A stretch of 64,000 nt of DNA from Myxococcota bacterium (GTDB lineage: Bacteria; Myxococcota_A; Bradymonadia; UBA7976; UBA1532). Position numbers and translations under genes: made by a program. The notes under the pieces were generated by a model that ran no database searches, was not told the origin of the DNA, and saw only the letters and a list, made by a program, of their open reading frames with translations. Every line of letters starts with the position of its first letter. The first letter of the stretch is position 1. Below are positions 48,185-58,194 of the stretch, piece by piece. The stretch is taken from positions 132,969 through 196,968 of the forward strand of contig JAYZEG010000001.1 in the NCBI GenBank assembly GCA_036337435.1, read 5' to 3'.

Positions 48185-51100
48185 CTAGGGGCAATGGCTG
48201 CCGATGCCATCAAAGGTATCGTTAGGAAAACCTGTCCATTGAGCCGATGGATCAAAGACATCACCTCCATCGGCGTCGCCGATGGCCACGTCACAATTTC
48301 TTCGAAGTGTCGAGTCGAGAGTTGATAGTTCCTCCGAAGACCATGCATTTCCTGGATCGAAACCAATTTGGCCAATGACGTCTAGAATGGTGCCACCGCA
48401 AACCAATGCCAGTGCATCATCGCCATTGTGGTTTAGTGAGCCAGACGTCTGATTACAGGTATCCAACAGGACTTGGTCGGCCCGCCCATTGCACAGGGTG
48501 TAGACAGCGCCCGGTGCGAGCATCAACGGTTGGTCATCTGCACCCAAGTCAATGCTGTCGGCATCTTGAGCCTCGGCGCCATTGGTATAGACGTTGACCA
48601 AACACTCATTGAGGTCGATGGCCACGGCACCGGCGTTGTAGATTTCTACGGCCTTGTTAAAGGAACTGCCCTCGATGTACTCACTGAAAAAAGCGGTTAT
48701 ATCTCCCTCGACGGGTGGCTCCATTTCAACGACACATTCGCCGTCCTGACAGGTGCCTGCAAGACAGTCGGCATCAGCCGCACACACAGGGATTGCATCG
48801 CCTTCACACGGTCCAACTCGACTACTTAGGACGTATTGGTCTGCTCCTTCGGCAACCTCGATGAAGAAGCTGTCGACCATAATGAAGTATTCAACACCAG
48901 CGACAGCATTGATGGACACAGCCGACTGAAAACCACCCGCAAAAGCCGGTGCGTTATCATTACATGCAACTTCGTTGGCATCGGGTCCCGTGCACGCCGT
49001 GTCTCGAATATACAGGACAGGGTCAACCACATTAGACCCTCGGGTCTGGAAGCAGACTTCGGTGTCCTCTTGGACCGTGAAAGTGTGCACCTTCTCTGGC
49101 CCAGCACCCGCTCCACCACAGCCTGCAGCCGAATCTCGACTCAGGCCATCGGACAGGCTACCGGTCAATATCTGACCCAGAGCATAAGCGATGGGCGCTT
49201 CACAGAGACCGCCACCGTCTGGCTGAGCCACGCAGGCATTATCGAAGCAAATTTCTCCTTCGGCACATTGCGCGGTCTCAACGCAGGCGACACATTGGTT
49301 GGCCAAGGCACCATCAAGGGCACAGACTCCATCGGCGCAGTCTCCATCCGCGGCACATTGGACACATTGGTTCTCGGCACAAACGCAGGCACCACCATTA
49401 CAGGCAAGCTCACCGCAGTCGGCCGCCTCTCGGCACGGCGCGCAGGTGTTATCCTCAAGGCAGATGCCATTGGCGCACTGGTCGTCTACGCGACAGTCGA
49501 CTTCAACGCATGCACCCTCCTGGCAGAGCTCTCTGGCTCCACAGGCATCATTGTCCTCGCAGAAAAATTCGCAGGCATTATTACGGCACACATTGGAGAA
49601 GGGGCAATCGTCATTGTCGATGCAGACGGGTGGCACGTTGGCTGCGCAGGCACCGATGGACGACGATAAGACATAATTACCGAGACCAAACTCGCTGAAT
49701 GCATCGACGAATACGAAGTAGGTTTGGTCAGCGACAACATTAAATTCAACGGTTGAACGGTTGCCGACATCGAGGATGCTGCCTTCAAAGCGATCGTCGT
49801 CGTTGCATGCGACTTCCATACCCCCATTGCATTCGCCTGCTCTCACGTACAGAGACGTATCGTAATTTGAATCACGGGTCGTCAAACACACGGTCCCGGC
49901 AGCCGCAGCGGAAAATGAGTAGATGATCTCTCGGCCGCTGCCGGCACAGCTGCCGCGCGTTGTCCCTGAGTACGGTTCATTAATGCCGCGAACGACCGTA
50001 CCCAGTTCATAGGCGAGCGGGTCGTCACAGGTATCTCCACCCTCTAGACAATACCCGTTGATGCAAACACCATCAGCGCAGTCTGCATCCTCGCGGCAAT
50101 CGCGACAGGCGCCCGCATTGCAGAACGACCCTTCGCCACAATCTGCGTCTTCCACGCATGCGACGCAGGCCGCTTCGGAACAGAGGCAAGGTCGACCGCC
50201 ACACGCATCATCGTCACAATCCGCTGCAATTCGACAATCGACGCAGTTTTGGTCAGCACAAACACCACCAAAGCAGTCGTCATCGTCAAGACAATCGACA
50301 AAGGTACACGCGCCCTCAATACAGGCCTCTGGGGAAAATCCCATACAATCTGCATCGACTTGACATGCGTCTCGACATCGATTGGCGCGACAGACCTCGC
50401 CGTCTTCGCAGTGATCGTCTACGGCGCATTCAACACAGCGATTTTGGTCGCAGCGATTGTCGAAGAAATTGTTTTCGCACCCAGCGTCGTCAAGGCATTC
50501 AACAGCCCGACAAGCCCCTTCTGTACAAAGGGCATTGCCGACACAGGGCGTCTCTTCGTCACAAGCGAGTCCGCAATTTCCAGCCCGGCAGATTTCATCG
50601 CCGACACAGTCGTCATCGCCGATACAACTAGGCGGAATCACGTCTGAACACGCACCGAGGGATGTAGACAAGATGTAATTACCCGATGCACCCGACCAAC
50701 CATCGACAACGAGGTAGTAGGTCTGACCAGCACTCACTGCAAATTCGATGGTCGACCGAGTCCCGTCGGCGATTTCCCATTCATTGTCGTCATCATTACA
50801 TTCGAGTTCATTGGCCCGATTACACTCAGTCTCGAAAACATAGAGCGCTGTATCGTAATCGGAGCCTCGGGTCGTGGCACAGACGGTGCCGTCTTCTGGT
50901 GCCTGGAACGCATGGACAACATCAGGCGATTGAGCACCTTGACACGAGCCTGTGTTGAGCGGCGCATAAATGGCCGTGTTGCCTCGAGCAATGGAGCCAA
51001 ATTCATACATGATAGGCTCTGCACAACTGTCACCCGGGGGAGGCGGTTGGCATAAATCATCTAGGCAGATATTGCCATCGGCGCAATCAGCATTGTCACG

Positions 51101-51916
51101 ACAGTCAACGCACGCGTTGAGGACACAGAAGTCACCCTCACCGCAATTCGCATCGTCGCGACACTCTTCGCATCGGTTATTCACGCAAAATCCATTACCG
51201 CACTGATCATCGGCATTACAACCGACACAGGCATTCTCAAGGCATTGACATGGCGTGCTGCCACAATCCTGGTCTGCACAGTCATCGACAACGCGACACC
51301 CAACGCACACGTAATCAAGACAAACCCCATTGGCGCATTGTTCATCACCCCGACATTCGACGTCGATGCAAATGCCGTTTGCACAGGCTTGCTGTTCAGC
51401 ACAACCTGCATCGTCATCACATGCAACACGGCAAATGTTGTCTACACAGAGTCCAGTCTCGCCACAATCAGCATCGACGCCGCATTGGACGCACCGGTCT
51501 TCAAAGCAGACTTCATTGCCGATGCATCGGGTCGCACCACAAGGCACACCGCCCCCGCCAACACCGCCTGCACCGCCTGCACCGCCTGCGCCGCCTGCGC
51601 CGCCTTCGGCACCAGCACCGCCTACACCGCCTTCTGCACCGGCACCACCAGCGCCGCCTTCGGCACCAGCACCACCTGAACCGCCTTCGGCACCGACGCC
51701 TCCAGCACCGCCTTCGGCACCGACGCCTCCGGAGCCACCCTCTGCGCCTGCACCGCCTGCACCGCCCGTACCGCCTTCGGCACCAGCACCACCTGCACCG
51801 CCGATAGCGCCGACACCACCGGCGCCGGCAGACGAACTTGATGAATCACCACCACAACCGACAGACAATGCCAAAGCGAATGCGATGACGAGTTTTTGCG
51901 AAATTTGGATTTGCAC
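48185..51916 (-). CDS. large lipoprotein: Gly-rich repeat, Cys-rich repeats, three PPC-like domains, C-terminal LTD
   Basis: GTG start with GGGG RBS, lipobox LSVG|C. Three copies of C..T.(G/D)S..D..LY......E..CND. Many C..D.DC..G..C....CV units. LTD FFSEYIEGSSFNKAVEIYN...NGDDALAL...DVIGQIG.DPG..W. Confidence 0.85.
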   Translation of the reverse strand: MQIQISQKLVIAFALALSVGCGGDSSSSSAGAGGVGAIGGAGGAGAEGGTGGAGGAGAEGGSGGVGAEGGAGGVGAEGGSGGAGAEGGAGGAGAEGGVGGAGAEGGAGGAGGAGGAGGVGGGGVPCGATRCIGNEVCFEDRCVQCGVDADCGETGLCVDNICRVACDDDAGCAEQQACANGICIDVECRGDEQCANGVCLDYVCVGCRVVDDCADQDCGSTPCQCLENACVGCNADDQCGNGFCVNNRCEECRDDANCGEGDFCVLNACVDCRDNADCADGNICLDDLCQPPPPGDSCAEPIMYEFGSIARGNTAIYAPLNTGSCQGAQSPDVVHAFQAPEDGTVCATTRGSDYDTALYVFETECNRANELECNDDDNEWEIADGTRSTIEFAVSAGQTYYLVVDGWSGASGNYILSTSLGACSDVIPPSCIGDDDCVGDEICRAGNCGLACDEETPCVGNALCTEGACRAVECLDDAGCENNFFDNRCDQNRCVECAVDDHCEDGEVCRANRCRDACQVDADCMGFSPEACIEGACTFVDCLDDDDCFGGVCADQNCVDCRIAADCDDDACGGRPCLCSEAACVACVEDADCGEGSFCNAGACRDCREDADCADGVCINGYCLEGGDTCDDPLAYELGTVVRGINEPYSGTTRGSCAGSGREIIYSFSAAAAGTVCLTTRDSNYDTSLYVRAGECNGGMEVACNDDDRFEGSILDVGNRSTVEFNVVADQTYFVFVDAFSEFGLGNYVLSSSIGACAANVPPVCIDNDDCPFSNVCRNNACEFFCEDNDACGARELCQEGACVEVDCRVDDQCANGICLEDNTCAPCREAADCGELACNGGACVCAENQCVQCAADGDCADGVCALDGALANQCVACVETAQCAEGEICFDNACVAQPDGGGLCEAPIAYALGQILTGSLSDGLSRDSAAGCGGAGAGPEKVHTFTVQEDTEVCFQTRGSNVVDPVLYIRDTACTGPDANEVACNDNAPAFAGGFQSAVSINAVAGVEYFIMVDSFFIEVAEGADQYVLSSRVGPCEGDAIPVCAADADCLAGTCQDGECVVEMEPPVEGDITAFFSEYIEGSSFNKAVEIYNAGAVAIDLNECLVNVYTNGAEAQDADSIDLGADDQPLMLAPGAVYTLCNGRADQVLLDTCNQTSGSLNHNGDDALALVCGGTILDVIGQIGFDPGNAWSSEELSTLDSTLRRNCDVAIGDADGGDVFDPSAQWTGFPNDTFDGIGSHCP
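51549..51826 (-). repeat. coding Gly/Ala tandem repeat, mostly 27-nt GAEGGxGGx units
   Basis: Seven GAEGG(T/S/A/V)GG(A/V) units plus GGA triplets just after the lipobox. Confidence 0.85.
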
Positions 51917-52082
51917 AAAGACCCCCTAATCTTTCAATTTGAGCGTAATAGCCACACTTGGATGTATCGTTATTCTGCGATCAGACACAAGCGTAAACGA
52001 TCAATTTAAGTCGGATTCCAAGGTTGCACTGCTTTTACGAGTACGCCGACAGGTCATCGGCCGAGCTGGGTTGGGACGATGT

Positions 52083-53108
52083 TTACTTGGACGGCCTGGC
52101 GGGTACGTAGCGCATCGTGTCTCCGAGGCGCATTCCCAAGGTCAGCGCTGTTGCGCGACCCAGGGCAACTTCATCGTCACCACCAACACGTAAACAACCG
52201 AGAGTTGATCGAAAATCAAGCTGGTCATTGGAAATCAAATGAATCTCGGAGTCTGGTGCTGAGTCGAGGACTTGAGTGAGCGTCCCTAATCGGCTCTCGC
52301 GGATGGTTCTGATGTGGGCCGTCTCTACTCGGTAGAGTGGGCCTGCATCAAAAATATCGACTTCATCGCCAAATTCAAAACCCTCGTCGCGAAGCAGACG
52401 CAACGCGGGTTGAGCCTCCGCATGAACCTGTCCAATTACAGACTGAGCATCCTCCGGCAGCATGGAGACATAAATGGGATGGCGCGGCATTAAATCCGCG
52501 ATGAACTGCTTATTGCCAGCGCTGCGCTTGTCCGCATCGACAAAGGGCATATCGAAGAAGTGTCGACCAATTGCACGCCAAAACGGAGATCCGGTCTCCA
52601 AGTCAACATTGCCTCTCATTTCAGCGATCACGTTTTTTGTGAACCGCTCAGGGCATGCCGCCATAAACAAAAAACGAGCCAGAGACATCAACCGGCCATG
52701 GCCACCTCGCCTGTAGTCCGGGTGAACAAAGAGCGTGCCTACCTCGCTCGGTCCCTTATGGTCTTGTATTAAGTTTAGGGTCTTTATCATTTTGACCACA
52801 TTGATGCTCTCGGACTCTTTGACGACAGTCTTGAGTACGTAAGAGTAGAACGGGTCAAAGCCACCCACACGGCCAACCAATCCTGCGCAGCCAACAATCT
52901 GGCCCGTCATTGGATCTTCCATAACGAGCAGGTAGCGCTCGCCGCCGGGCCGTTTCACCATTTGGGCAAAGGCACGCTCCGAGTCTTGAACATGGCCCCT
53001 CAAAATGGACTCCGATGCGGGCAAAGTGGTCAAGCCAACGCCCGCTTGCCCCGCGAGAGCCACCAGAGACTCAAGGTCGGCTGTTCTAATTGGTCTAACG
53101 AGCATCAT
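52083..53108 (-). CDS. astA: arginine N-succinyltransferase
   Basis: VRPI...DL..L..LA...G.GLTTLP, PFYSY, SEVGTLF..P.YR, LMSLARFLF, AEMRG, SPFW, FIADLMP.HPIY, VDIFDAGP. The start is placed at ATG 53108. Confidence 0.93.
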   Translation of the reverse strand: MMLVRPIRTADLESLVALAGQAGVGLTTLPASESILRGHVQDSERAFAQMVKRPGGERYLLVMEDPMTGQIVGCAGLVGRVGGFDPFYSYVLKTVVKESESINVVKMIKTLNLIQDHKGPSEVGTLFVHPDYRRGGHGRLMSLARFLFMAACPERFTKNVIAEMRGNVDLETGSPFWRAIGRHFFDMPFVDADKRSAGNKQFIADLMPRHPIYVSMLPEDAQSVIGQVHAEAQPALRLLRDEGFEFGDEVDIFDAGPLYRVETAHIRTIRESRLGTLTQVLDSAPDSEIHLISNDQLDFRSTLGCLRVGGDDEVALGRATALTLGMRLGDTMRYVPARPSK

Positions 53109-53169
53109 GCTATTTTCTACCCCGTAATGCCTTGGAATGGAATGCAAAGACGATCAGAATTCAAACGGC

Positions 53170-53562
53170 CTAAGATGCCTCCAAATACAGTTGCCCAAGT
53201 CTTGTTCCCGCGTAGACCAAGGCGAGACCGACGAGATTGCTTGATAGCACATAGACCAATGCGAGCTGTATTCGACCCGCCTCTATGAGACGAATCGACT
53301 CCAACCCGAAGCTTGAAAATGTTGTAAACCCGCCCAGAAAACCCACCAGAATCGACAATCTCAGAACGGCTGGAAGAGCCACATTGTGACTGAACACAAC
53401 GTAGGCCAAACCGATTAAAAAGCAGCCGATCATATTGGCCGAGAAAGTGCCGACGGGAAATTGGAGCCCGGCAGAAAAGAAACTCGCGATGCCAAAGCGA
53501 CACACACAGCCGAGAGCACCTCCCACTGCGACGGCAAACACCGATGATACGCTCAAGCTCAT
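53170..53562 (-). CDS. crcB: fluoride efflux channel CrcB/FluC
   Basis: GGALG..CRF, FPVGTFSAN.IGCFLIG, GFLGGFTTFSSF..E. Confidence 0.95.
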   Translation of the reverse strand: MSLSVSSVFAVAVGGALGCVCRFGIASFFSAGLQFPVGTFSANMIGCFLIGLAYVVFSHNVALPAVLRLSILVGFLGGFTTFSSFGLESIRLIEAGRIQLALVYVLSSNLVGLALVYAGTRLGQLYLEAS

Positions 53563-53611
53563 TACGTCCCCCCCCTTTAACGTGAATTATGCGGATGCGT
53601 GGCCTGTTTCT

Positions 53612-55624
53612 CTATTTTTCGAATAACCCATCGAGTATGCCCGGATCGGCATGATGAGCCAAGGTGACCTTAAGACGCGCCTCATTGGCCATCGCCTGCT
53701 TAATGGCAAATTCAGCCCCTTGGTTCCGAGCCCAAGCTCTGCGCGCAATCCCGTTATTGACATCCCAATGAAGCATGGATTGTAATTTTTTAGACGCGAG
53801 GTCGCTGCCGTCGATGACAAGTCCAAACCCCCCGTTGATAACTTCGCCCCAACCGACACCGCCGCCATTGTGAAGACTCACCCAAGTGGCACCCCGAAAA
53901 GCATCGCCGACAAAGTTCTGCACAGCCATGTCAGCGGTAAATTGACTCCCGTCGTAAATATTCGCTGTCTCCCTGTACGGACTATCGGTGCCGGAGACAT
54001 CATGATGGTCTCGCCCAAGCACGATGGGTGCACTGACGCGGCCTGTCGCAATGGCGTCGTTAAACGCTTGGGCTAGGGCACGACGGCCAACATCATCGCA
54101 GTACAAAATACGGGCCTGACTGCCGACCACTAACGCGTTTTTCTTCGCTTCTTCAATCCACCTCAGATTATCTAAATACTGCGACCGCGTCTCTTCAGGT
54201 GCTTGTCTGGCAAGCTCCGAAATGATCTCGGTGGCAATGAGGTCAGTCTGCTCAAGATCATCAGCATCACCACTTGTGCATACCCATCTAAACGGACCAA
54301 AACCGTAGTCAAAACACATGGGTCCCATGATGTCTTGGACATATGAGGGATATCGAAAGCTCTGTCCATCCTCGCTCAGAATATCTGCACCCGCGCGACT
54401 TGATTCGAGCATAAATGCATTACCGTAATCCCAGAAATGCATCCCTCGGTCCACGAGTCGATTGACAGCGGTCACATGGCGTCTCAGGGACGAGTAGACA
54501 TGATCTTTGAATGAATTGGGGTCATCGACCATTAATCCATTGGCCTCGGTCATAGACAATCCTACAGGGTAGTATCCTCCGGAAAAGGGGAGATGAAGGC
54601 TGGTCTGATCACTGCCTAGATCGATGTTGATATCGTGCTCAACAAAATATTCGAGCAGGTCGACTATGTTACCGACATACGCGAGTGAGACTGCTTCCAA
54701 TCCCGTCCGCGCCGAAGCCAATCGGCCTGCCAACGCTGCTAAGTCAGTATACAATTCATCAACCCAGCCTTGAGCATGGCGCTTATGGGCTGCGTCCGGA
54801 TTAATTTCCGCGACCACACAAATCGCGCCAGCGATCACGGCCGCCTTAGCTTGTGCACCACTCATTCCGCCGAGACCTGCGGTGACAAAGACCCGTCCAC
54901 CTAACCCAGTCTCCTCGTCTGTGTTCAAGTATAAACGGCCGGCATTGAGGACCGTGATCGTTGTGCCGTGGACGATTCCCTGGGGACCGATGTACATATA
55001 ACTTCCGGCGGTCATTTGCCCATAACTGGTCACACCGAGGGCTGCCATGCGCGTGTAGTCATCGGCACTGGAATAGTTAGGGATGACCATGCCATTGGTC
55101 ACGATCACCCGAGGCGCATTCTCATCCGAGGGGAACAAACCGAGTGGATGACCGGAATAGATGACCAAGGTCTGCTGGTCAGTCATCTCGCTTAAATACA
55201 TCATTGTGAGGCGATACTGAGCCCAGTTCTGAAAAACCGTTCCGTTTCCACCGTACGTCACCAATTCATAGGGATGCTGAGCGACAGCCGGATCCAGATT
55301 ATTGTGGATCATATGCATGATCGCGGCCGCGTCTCGACTGCGGGATGGGTACTCATCGATGGGCCGCGCATACATGGCGTGTTTCGGCCGGTAGCGATAC
55401 ATATAGATTCGGCCGTATTTTTCTAGTTCGGCGGCAAACTCAGAGGCCAGTATGTCATGCAAATGAACGGGCACGTATCGGAGTGCATTTTCAACAGCCA
55501 ATCGTTTTTCACGCAGGGACAGATTCAGCATACGGTTTGGTGCTCTAGAGATGCTGTCATCGAAGGTCTGGAGAGACGGTAACGTATCTGGGATGCCCTC
55601 TCTAATTTCATCAACAAAATTCAT
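53612..55624 (-). CDS. hutU: urocanate hydratase (long, about 670-aa type)
   Basis: NNLDPAVAQHPYELVTYGGNG, GQMTAGSYMYIGPQGIVHGT, GLGGMSGAQ, SDQTSLH, GRDHHDVSGTDSPYRET, HNGGGVGWG. Confidence 0.97.
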   Translation of the reverse strand: MNFVDEIREGIPDTLPSLQTFDDSISRAPNRMLNLSLREKRLAVENALRYVPVHLHDILASEFAAELEKYGRIYMYRYRPKHAMYARPIDEYPSRSRDAAAIMHMIHNNLDPAVAQHPYELVTYGGNGTVFQNWAQYRLTMMYLSEMTDQQTLVIYSGHPLGLFPSDENAPRVIVTNGMVIPNYSSADDYTRMAALGVTSYGQMTAGSYMYIGPQGIVHGTTITVLNAGRLYLNTDEETGLGGRVFVTAGLGGMSGAQAKAAVIAGAICVVAEINPDAAHKRHAQGWVDELYTDLAALAGRLASARTGLEAVSLAYVGNIVDLLEYFVEHDINIDLGSDQTSLHLPFSGGYYPVGLSMTEANGLMVDDPNSFKDHVYSSLRRHVTAVNRLVDRGMHFWDYGNAFMLESSRAGADILSEDGQSFRYPSYVQDIMGPMCFDYGFGPFRWVCTSGDADDLEQTDLIATEIISELARQAPEETRSQYLDNLRWIEEAKKNALVVGSQARILYCDDVGRRALAQAFNDAIATGRVSAPIVLGRDHHDVSGTDSPYRETANIYDGSQFTADMAVQNFVGDAFRGATWVSLHNGGGVGWGEVINGGFGLVIDGSDLASKKLQSMLHWDVNNGIARRAWARNQGAEFAIKQAMANEARLKVTLAHHADPGILDGLFEK

Positions 55625-55696
55625 CGTTGTCTCCTCTCAATGCAGGCAACGTACAATGACGCCCATCATTACCCTATCGTAAGTCCCTTAAATCGA

Positions 55697-57055
55697 TCAC
55701 TGCCCTGTTTTTAAGAGTTCAGGAATGGTCTCAGCGTGACCGATGCACTCTGCGACACTGACACCGACGATGGCATTCCCAGCGATGTGTAAGCCCTTAA
55801 ATTCCCCCAGAGCTGCTCTAATCTGCTTGATGCGATACTCGTGACCGACCCGATACTGAGGAATGCCCTGGGGCCAGTAGACCACCCGAGAAAATTCAGG
55901 CTCTCGAAGGTCCGAGCGAAAAGCAAAACTCAACTCAGCTGCCACCATCGAACATAATTCCGCCTGATTGAGGGACACCAACTCAGGTCGATGCGCACCG
56001 CCAACAATGGCCCGGAACAAGACATGGCCATCGGGGGCGCGCTCCGTGAAAATTTGGCTCGACCAAAGGACGCCAAGGACGTCTCGCTTTTCTGATGATG
56101 GGGCCAAATAACCAAAACCTTTGGCCGGATGCACAATCCGCTCGGCCCGGTACCCAAGGGCCACCACAGCCGCGGGCGCATAGTCGATCCCATTCAGCCA
56201 ATCGCTCACCACTGAATTGTGTTCGCTCATGAGTCGGGCCGAGACATCGGCCGGTGTTGTCATGATGACATGGTCAACCAAAAGTGGGTCGCCTCCACTC
56301 GCATGAACACGCCATTGGTGCCCGCCAACTCTCTCCAATCGACTCACAACTCGACCGAACTGCACCCTCCGGGCTCCCAACGCACCAACGCAGCCATCGA
56401 CTAAGTCCGCCATACCGCCTTGAAAACTGGTCAGCAGTGCCTTACTCGTCGGTCCCGATGCCTTGGCGGCCTTCTGTCGAGCGATGAGCCCTTTGATCAC
56501 ACTGCCATGTTGGGCTTCCAAATCCGCAATCGCTGGGAAACACGCCGATAAGCTCAATCGCCGTATATCGCCTGCGTGAATGCCTGTGACCATGGGGTCG
56601 AATAAGCGCTCGGCTGCCTCAATACCAAATCGGCGAACGGCGAAGTCGTAAATGCTCTCATCGCCACCGCCAACTCGACCTTTAATGAATCGCTCTCTCA
56701 AAATCCTGATTCGCCCAGGCAGACTGAGGACCGGGTTCAGCAAGAAGTTAGGTGGCGACGTGGGGAGCCTCTGCAAGCCCTCTGAGCCCACCAAGTAGCG
56801 ATACTTGGCGCTCTCATCGGCAGCTAAGATACGGTCACCGAGACCAACATCACGGGCTAAGCGCGTAACAGCCGTCCGCGAACTCAAAAACCCATTGGGT
56901 CCATGTTCGACTAGAAAACCATCGGCGCGTTCGGACTCGATCTTGCCACCGGCTCGGTGAGCACCCTCTAGACAGAGGGCATCAAAGCCAGCCCGTTGCA
57001 GACGGTAGGTCGCAGCTAATCCACTGATACCGCCGCCGATGACGGCCACTTTCAC
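55697..57055 (-). CDS. hemY: protoporphyrinogen/coproporphyrinogen oxidase (HemY-type flavoprotein)
   Basis: GGGISGL FAD motif, E.GPN.F, GIHAGD, GFGYL.P, LGVLWSS..F..RAP, GIPQY.VGH. GTGA-coupled to hemE. Confidence 0.92.
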   Translation of the reverse strand: MKVAVIGGGISGLAATYRLQRAGFDALCLEGAHRAGGKIESERADGFLVEHGPNGFLSSRTAVTRLARDVGLGDRILAADESAKYRYLVGSEGLQRLPTSPPNFLLNPVLSLPGRIRILRERFIKGRVGGGDESIYDFAVRRFGIEAAERLFDPMVTGIHAGDIRRLSLSACFPAIADLEAQHGSVIKGLIARQKAAKASGPTSKALLTSFQGGMADLVDGCVGALGARRVQFGRVVSRLERVGGHQWRVHASGGDPLLVDHVIMTTPADVSARLMSEHNSVVSDWLNGIDYAPAAVVALGYRAERIVHPAKGFGYLAPSSEKRDVLGVLWSSQIFTERAPDGHVLFRAIVGGAHRPELVSLNQAELCSMVAAELSFAFRSDLREPEFSRVVYWPQGIPQYRVGHEYRIKQIRAALGEFKGLHIAGNAIVGVSVAECIGHAETIPELLKTGQ

Positions 57056-58101
57056 GTGGTACGCTCCCGACGTAATCCTGACGTCGCCTGCACGTAGTCT
57101 ACCAACCGTTTCACGTTGTCCACGGGCGTATACTGATAAATCCCATGACCTAGATTGAAGATGTGTCCGGTTCCATCACCTGCCGCATCAAGGACACGGT
57201 CAATGGATCGGGCGAGCTCCGGCCAGGGAGATAAAAGCCGGCCGGGATCGAGATTGCCCTGGAGGGCAACGTCCGAACCGACTTTCACCCTGGCCTGGTC
57301 AAGTGGCAGCGTCCAATCGACACCGACAACATCTGCGCCGGTCCCGGCGACCAAATCAATGTAGGTTCCCGTGCCTTTTGGAAACACGATGACGGGGATA
57401 TCAGGTCGGCGGACCGCATCGACGATTCGCTTTGTGTACGCAGCCCCCCAGATTGCATAATCTTCAGGGTCTAGACACCCGGCCCAACTATCGAAAATTT
57501 GAACCGCTTTGGCACCCATGTCGATTTGCAACTTGAGTAGATCAATGGTGACCTGGGTCAGGTGATCAAATAGAGTTCTGGCCGCCGCTGGCTCTTGATG
57601 AATAAAGGCTTTGGCCTTCATAAATTGCTTGGATGACCCGCCCTCCACCAGATAACTCGCCAAGGTAAATGGTGCGCCTGCAAAACCGATGAGGGGCACG
57701 TCGTCTGGCAAGGCTGCGACCGTCTGTCTGACCGCTTCACCCACATAGGCGAGCTGAACAGACGCATCAACGGGCCTCAGTTTGTCAACGTCAGATGCCT
57801 TGGTAATGGGGTCATGAACCACAGGCCCGCGGCCTTTGATGAATTCAACATCAAAGCCCGACGGCGGTAATGAGACCAAGAGGTCCGAGAAAATAATGGC
57901 CGCATCAAGCCCAAAGGCATTAATGGGCTGTAAGGTGACCTCGCAACACAACTCGGGGGTTTTGCAAAGGGTCCAAAAATCAACATCTTTACGAATCGCC
58001 CGATACTCAGCCATGTAACGACCCGCCTGGCGCATGAGCCAAATGGGAGTTCGACTGGTGGGGCGTCCAAAACAAGCATCAATAAATAGTGACTTCGACA
58101 C
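57052..58101 (-). CDS. hemE: uroporphyrinogen decarboxylase
   Basis: PIWLMRQAGRY, DAAIIFSDL, LIGFAGAPFTLASYLVEG, QIFDSW, QGNLDP, HIFNLGHG. Confidence 0.98.
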   Translation of the reverse strand: MSKSLFIDACFGRPTSRTPIWLMRQAGRYMAEYRAIRKDVDFWTLCKTPELCCEVTLQPINAFGLDAAIIFSDLLVSLPPSGFDVEFIKGRGPVVHDPITKASDVDKLRPVDASVQLAYVGEAVRQTVAALPDDVPLIGFAGAPFTLASYLVEGGSSKQFMKAKAFIHQEPAAARTLFDHLTQVTIDLLKLQIDMGAKAVQIFDSWAGCLDPEDYAIWGAAYTKRIVDAVRRPDIPVIVFPKGTGTYIDLVAGTGADVVGVDWTLPLDQARVKVGSDVALQGNLDPGRLLSPWPELARSIDRVLDAAGDGTGHIFNLGHGIYQYTPVDNVKRLVDYVQATSGLRRERTT

Positions 58102-58136
58102 GAGACCTCACATGTAACAAGAATTTTGACCCATTG

Positions 58137-58165
58137 ACGCTAGGCATCGTTTAAGCTGCAGTCAA
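58137..58165 (-). promoter_or_regulatory. possible sigma70-type promoter for hemE-hemY
   Basis: On the minus strand: TTGACT, 17 nt spacer, TAGCGT, in the divergent hemE/serC gap. Confidence 0.3.
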
Positions 58166-58194
58166 CCATACCCGAACACTTTTCTTGGGAGACT

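Noticed and set aside
41785..51916. Cys-rich surface proteins as substrates of the exosortase or of a myxosortase
   Set aside because: None ends in a motif-TM-basic tail. All four have N-terminal lipoboxes instead.
53563..53611. Fluoride riboswitch upstream of crcB
   Set aside because: The gap is only 49 nt and lacks the GGCGAUGG...CC...GCUGAUG-type consensus.
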